From Clostridia bacterium (GTDB taxonomy: Bacteria; Bacillota; Clostridia; RGIG6154), in NCBI GenBank assembly GCA_045589295.1, contig JAZNOU010000001.1:21374-85373 (forward strand): 64,000 nucleotides of DNA. The letters run 5' to 3'. Positions 60,215 through 64,000 of the stretch are shown here, piece after piece; position 1 is the first letter of the stretch; each line of letters opens with the position of its first letter. The notes beneath the pieces are model-generated. The model had not been told where the DNA came from, did not search any database, and saw only the letters and a list, made by a program, of their open reading frames with translations. Made by a program: the position numbers and the translations under genes.

Positions 60215-61159
60215 TTATAATAAATTCAAATAGCTTAGTGCAAAAATCCAGCCAAACAATGTAATTAAACAAAATGCAGACGACATAATAACAACATGTG
60301 CCGCCATATGCTCGTCACCACCCATCTGCTGTACCATAGAAAATGATGATACTGCAACAGGAGCACCAAACGTAATAAGAATACATGCAAGAGCTTCGCC
60401 CGTAAATCCCAACAAAACGGCTGACAAAAGCATAATAAAAGGAACGACAACAAGCTTTGCGCTTACAGTAATTATAATTTCTTTAACACTTTCTTTAATT
60501 GTTGAATATTCAAATTCCGCACCAAGAACAATAATTGCAAGCGGAGTTGCAACAGAAGAAATATCCTTAACTGAACTTTCCAGTATTTTAGGTAGTTTTA
60601 TCCCTGCCAACAAAAAGACAAACCCTACAAAACAACCTATAATAAGCGGATTTGTAACTACTCCCTTTAAAATCTGCAAAACATTCGGCTTGCTTTTTCC
60701 TTTACAGAAACGCTCCAGCGTAAAGATAGCAAGAACATTAAACAAAGGTACAACTACACTTAAAACAAGAGAAGGTAATCCACCAGAATTCTCTCCATAT
60801 ATGTACCCAATTAAAGGGAGTCCCAAAAGTGCAAAATTTGACCTGAAAAAGCCTTGAAGCATTACTCCCCTTTTTGCATTATCCTGGGTAAATGCCATTA
60901 CAGCAAAATATCCAAACACAAAAATAACTAAAACACTCACAACAATAAAACAGATAAGTCTTATATCAAAAACACTTCCAATATCTGTCTTATATATGTT
61001 ATAAAACAACAACACCGGCAAGAAGACCTTGAACACCATTTTATTTATAGTGTCAAACCCTTTCTTATCAGTCATCTTTATTTTTTTCAAAAAATATCCC
61101 AGTAGCATTAAAATAAAAATTGGCAAAATTGCATTAAAGGATAATTTTAAGCTGTCCAC
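60215..61159 (-). CDS. AEC (auxin efflux carrier) family transporter
   Basis: FKVFLPVLLF, FRSNFALLGLP, TNPLII, PVAVSSF. Confidence 0.88.
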   Translation of the reverse strand: MDSLKLSFNAILPIFILMLLGYFLKKIKMTDKKGFDTINKMVFKVFLPVLLFYNIYKTDIGSVFDIRLICFIVVSVLVIFVFGYFAVMAFTQDNAKRGVMLQGFFRSNFALLGLPLIGYIYGENSGGLPSLVLSVVVPLFNVLAIFTLERFCKGKSKPNVLQILKGVVTNPLIIGCFVGFVFLLAGIKLPKILESSVKDISSVATPLAIIVLGAEFEYSTIKESVKEIIITVSAKLVVVPFIMLLSAVLLGFTGEALACILITFGAPVAVSSFSMVQQMGGDEHMAAHVVIMSSAFCLITLFGWIFALSYLNLL

Positions 61160-61223
61160 TATTTACTACCTCCATATAACTCAGGCTTATGATATTTGCC
61201 CGCCAAGTACTATTTAAAACAAA

Positions 61224-61478
61224 TTATTTTTTAGCTAGCCTTATAACTTCCTGACACTTTGAAGTCACATAATCATAACCATTTTCACTGTGAGGAATAG
61301 CGCAATTTGAACAATCCTTTATCCCACCGTCTGTATATTTGAAATTGCCACCGCATTTATCGCCCAGTGCATAAAGAGGGCAATAACAAAACAAGCAATT
61401 AAAATGTTTGCCATCTACTTTGTGACAGGGAAAATATTCGCATTTGTCATTTTTAAAATAAGAAAAATTATTCTCCAT
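61224..61478 (-). CDS. Cysteine-rich small domain (zinc-finger-like) protein
   Basis: CEYFPCH...FNCLFCYCPLY...KDCSNCAIPH. Confidence 0.85.
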   Translation of the reverse strand: MENNFSYFKNDKCEYFPCHKVDGKHFNCLFCYCPLYALGDKCGGNFKYTDGGIKDCSNCAIPHSENGYDYVTSKCQEVIRLAKK

Positions 61479-61585
61479 TTTTAACCTCTTTTTAAAAAGT
61501 GTTTATATAAATAAAATTAAGCACCTTCAAAATTGCCACTAACATTATACTAAAAAAGCACAGGAAAATCAAGGGAATATTTGTA

Positions 61586-61841
61586 TTTTGCCCCCTCGGT
61601 GTTCGACTCTCTTTTATTGCATAAAAAAACAACTCCCTAATGGGAGTTGTTTTTTTATGGGGCGAATGAAGAGCAGGCAATGCTTCGCCTTGCTCTGCTT
61701 GACGACCGAAAAGCTTTGCCTTTCGGTACCCGTCTGCGCACCAAAAAGCTTAAAAACTTGCCACAGGCAACTTTTTTATTCGCTTTTTGCCCCCTCGGTG
61801 TTCGACTCTCTTTTATTGCATAAAAAAAAACAACTCCCTAA
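61586..61841. repeat. Structured direct repeat (199-bp period) with tRNA T-loop-like motif
   Basis: TTTTGCCCCCTCGGTGTTCGACTCTCTTTTATTGCAT(A7/A9)CAACTCCCTAA at 61586-61640 and 61785-61841. Confidence 0.85.
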
Positions 61842-62014
61842 GGTGTGTTTCTCAAAAGGATGTTTCCGAAAAAAGCCGATTGAGAGAGAAATAAGTACAG
61901 TTATTGAAAAATAGCTGTACTTTTTCTTTTGCTCAAAAGGCTTTATGTTAATAAGTTATTAAGTCGTATCGAAATGATGCGGCTTTTTTATTTTAAGAAA
62001 TGGAGGATTTTCAA

Positions 62015-62311
62015 ATGATGAAATTAAAAGGTAAATTTACAACTATACTCAATAAGATTATTACTGATAAAAGTATCAGTGGGAATGAATTTAGAATTCT
62101 GTGTTACCTTTGTATGAGGTCAGCGAATAACAACTCCTGCTTCCCTTCTCTTGATACCATACATCAAGATACAGGTATTGGTTTAACAACTGTTAAAAAT
62201 GCGATACCCAAGTTGGTTGAGTCAGGTTACATAATCAAAGTTAATCGCAAAAAGAGTAACGGATGTTTAACATCCAATCTCTATCGGTTAACCAACAAAG
62301 TTCTTGAATAA
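62015..62311 (+). CDS. Helix-turn-helix protein (HTH_36, replication-initiator-N-like)
   Basis: EFRILCYL...CFPSLDTIHQDTGIGLTTVKNAIPKLVESGYI...SNLY; RBS GGAGG. Confidence 0.8.
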   Translation: MMKLKGKFTTILNKIITDKSISGNEFRILCYLCMRSANNNSCFPSLDTIHQDTGIGLTTVKNAIPKLVESGYIIKVNRKKSNGCLTSNLYRLTNKVLE

Positions 62312-62522
62312 ATGGTGGTTGTTTTTTGACTTAGGTGGTGTAAAAAACGGCTACAAATAATACTAAGTTAATAAAACAAAAGGGTTATTGGAAAAGAATA
62401 ATATAGCAATAACATAAAACGATGATCTAATTGATTAGCTTCTCTCACAGAGATTTGAAAATCAATTATTTTTTTATTCCAATATCCCTGAAAATTATCA
62501 GGCACGAGAATTTGAGATTTTT

Positions 62523-62620
62523 CCCAGACTTGGTCTGGGGCAAGCATAGCGTCCGGCTGTCCGCCTGACGCGTTGTGCCACCCTGACGGCACACTATTCG
62601 GGCAGAAGCCCGGACCCACT
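62523..62620. other. Putative oriT
   Basis: GC-rich patch with inverted repeats upstream of mobC; minus strand TATGCTTG^CCCC resembles MOBP nic sites. Confidence 0.55.
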
Positions 62621-62641
62621 TTGATGAAGGAGGTAATATAA

Positions 62642-62956
62642 ATGTCAAAAAGAAAAAGAGATAAGACATTAACAATACGAGTTACTGAGAAAGAAAAACA
62701 ATATATTCAAAAGCGTGCAGACAAAGCAGATCTAAGTGTTACAGATTATATGGTCAGACTTTCCAATGAAACACCCATCTATATTCCCGTCGATATGCAA
62801 CCATTTTTATTAGAATTTAAGCGCATCGGCAACAACATTAATCAACTGACACAGAAGGTCAACGCAAAGGTGTTTTACTCGTATAATTTCGAAGAATTTA
62901 TCAGTGCGATTAACAAATTAAATGATCGCATTGGAGAGATTGCGAGGCGATATTAA
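62642..62956 (+). CDS. mobC: Relaxosome accessory protein MobC
   Basis: RHH-like IRVTEKEK...LSVTDYM and KRIGNNINQL. Confidence 0.9.
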   Translation: MSKRKRDKTLTIRVTEKEKQYIQKRADKADLSVTDYMVRLSNETPIYIPVDMQPFLLEFKRIGNNINQLTQKVNAKVFYSYNFEEFISAINKLNDRIGEIARRY

Positions 62957-64000
62957 TGGCAACAGTAAATGTAATTCCTGAAGCAAAACAAAGCCCAAGC
63001 GCAATGCGTGGTCTCATCAATTATTGTCTGAGGAAAGAGAAAACGTTTGATGTGAATTCAGGAAGAAAATTAATCACCGGAATTAATTGTATTGGCGAAA
63101 ATGCCTATGCAGAATTTATGACAACAAAAGCAGTTTATCATAAAGAAACGGGTGTGAATTTCTATCATTTTTCTCAATCGTTTTCTCCTGAAGAAAAAAT
63201 CACACCTGAACAAGTACACGAAGTAGGAATTGAGTTTGCTAAACGAGCTTGGCCCGGGCATGAAGTTTTAGTTTGTACACATATGGACGAACCTCATTTA
63301 CACTCAAATTTTGTTGTTAATTCTGTGAATTTTGAAAACGGTTCTAGGATACATTTTACGCCCAATTCCATAAAAGTTTTAAGAGATCTTAGTGATGAAA
63401 TTTGTATCAGTCATGGCTTCTCTGTGCTACCACCTTATCAAAAAGGTGGCAGAAGTATTTCAACAAGAGAATATCGTGCTGCAGAAAAGGGTCAAAGCTG
63501 GAAGTTCAGACTTATGAGTGATATTCAAGATGCTATGAAATGTAGCGGTAATCGAAATCAATTTAAAAAAGAAATGGCAAAACGAGGATACCAAATGAGG
63601 TGGACAGATGAAAGAAAAAATATCACTTTCACTTGTCCAAATGGAAAACTGTGCAGAGATATTAAACTGCACGATAATAAATTTTTAAAGGAGATGATTG
63701 AGAATGAATTCAAGATACGAGAACAACTCACAAAAGAACTTTTCGATGGAAGAATTAATCAAGAGGAACTCTTCGAATTTGGAAGAACTCGCACAACAGA
63801 CTTATCAAGTGGAGATATGCTCCATACCAAAGAAACAGAGGTCAATCGAGATACAACTGATGAAGGATATGGTAGAATTTCAACCGAAGCTGTACGAAAT
63901 GATAACGGCATTGGCAACGAACGATATGATAGCCGAGAATCAAGCAGACTTAATGAATCAACTACTACAGGAGCTAGCCAAGATGACAAACTATATTCAG
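62956..64000 (+). CDS. MOBP relaxase/mobilisation nuclease (partial, runs off window)
   Basis: ATG overlaps mobC stop; LINYCL, YHFSQSFSPEE, THMDEPHLHSNFVVNSV. Confidence 0.88.
   Translation, partial: MATVNVIPEAKQSPSAMRGLINYCLRKEKTFDVNSGRKLITGINCIGENAYAEFMTTKAVYHKETGVNFYHFSQSFSPEEKITPEQVHEVGIEFAKRAWPGHEVLVCTHMDEPHLHSNFVVNSVNFENGSRIHFTPNSIKVLRDLSDEICISHGFSVLPPYQKGGRSISTREYRAAEKGQSWKFRLMSDIQDAMKCSGNRNQFKKEMAKRGYQMRWTDERKNITFTCPNGKLCRDIKLHDNKFLKEMIENEFKIREQLTKELFDGRINQEELFEFGRTRTTDLSSGDMLHTKETEVNRDTTDEGYGRISTEAVRNDNGIGNERYDSRESSRLNESTTTGASQDDKLYS

Larger units (their letters stand above)
61842..64000 (+). mobile_element. Left part of an integrative mobilisable element (HTH, oriT, mobC, relaxase)
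   Basis: Mobilisation genes begin right after the broken second repeat copy; the element runs off the window. Confidence 0.75.

Noticed and set aside
61586-61841. Possible tRNA gene or CRISPR array
   Set aside because: No D-arm or anticodon arm can be built; only two copies 199 bp apart and no cas genes
61588-61914. 108-aa ORF over the repeat
   Set aside because: It reads through hairpins and duplicated DNA and has no convincing RBS; the non-coding interpretation is stronger

Overview
This is a low-GC chromosomal window from a spore-forming Clostridia (Bacillota) bacterium, and most of it is housekeeping or metabolic DNA. Genes present include ppdK, ogg, serC-serA-apt, a t6A operon (tsaE-tsaB-deaminase-sua5-rimI-tsaD), the glycogen cluster (glgB-C-D-A-P-malQ with a divergent GH13), an EF-G paralogue, pdaA, TetR-putP, an ABC-F, mnmA, nagA, a stand-alone trpB, uxuA-uxuB, the SCIFF ranthipeptide pair scfA-scfB, a sugar ABC transporter and an acyl-CoA ligase/E2-like pair. 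The last ~2.2 kb is the left end of a mobilisable element (HTH, oriT, mobC, MOBP relaxase). Several features are missing from the ORF track: (1) a VOC/glyoxalase gene cleanly split by a ~406-bp insertion whose only gene is tightly bracketed by ~16-bp inverted sites, which looks like a recombinase-free gene cassette; (2) an 18-aa Trp-containing leader peptide and a long RBS-sequestering helix upstream of trpB; (3) two small Cys-rich membrane peptides behind a sigma-K-like promoter; (4) a structured tRNA-like repeat whose second copy is broken in its hairpin loop by the mobile element; (5) two perfect Noc-binding-site palindromes; (6) a structured leader on the G5/3D cell-wall gene. No rRNA, complete tRNA or CRISPR array was seen. 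All calls come from reading the sequence; no database searches or folding programs were run.
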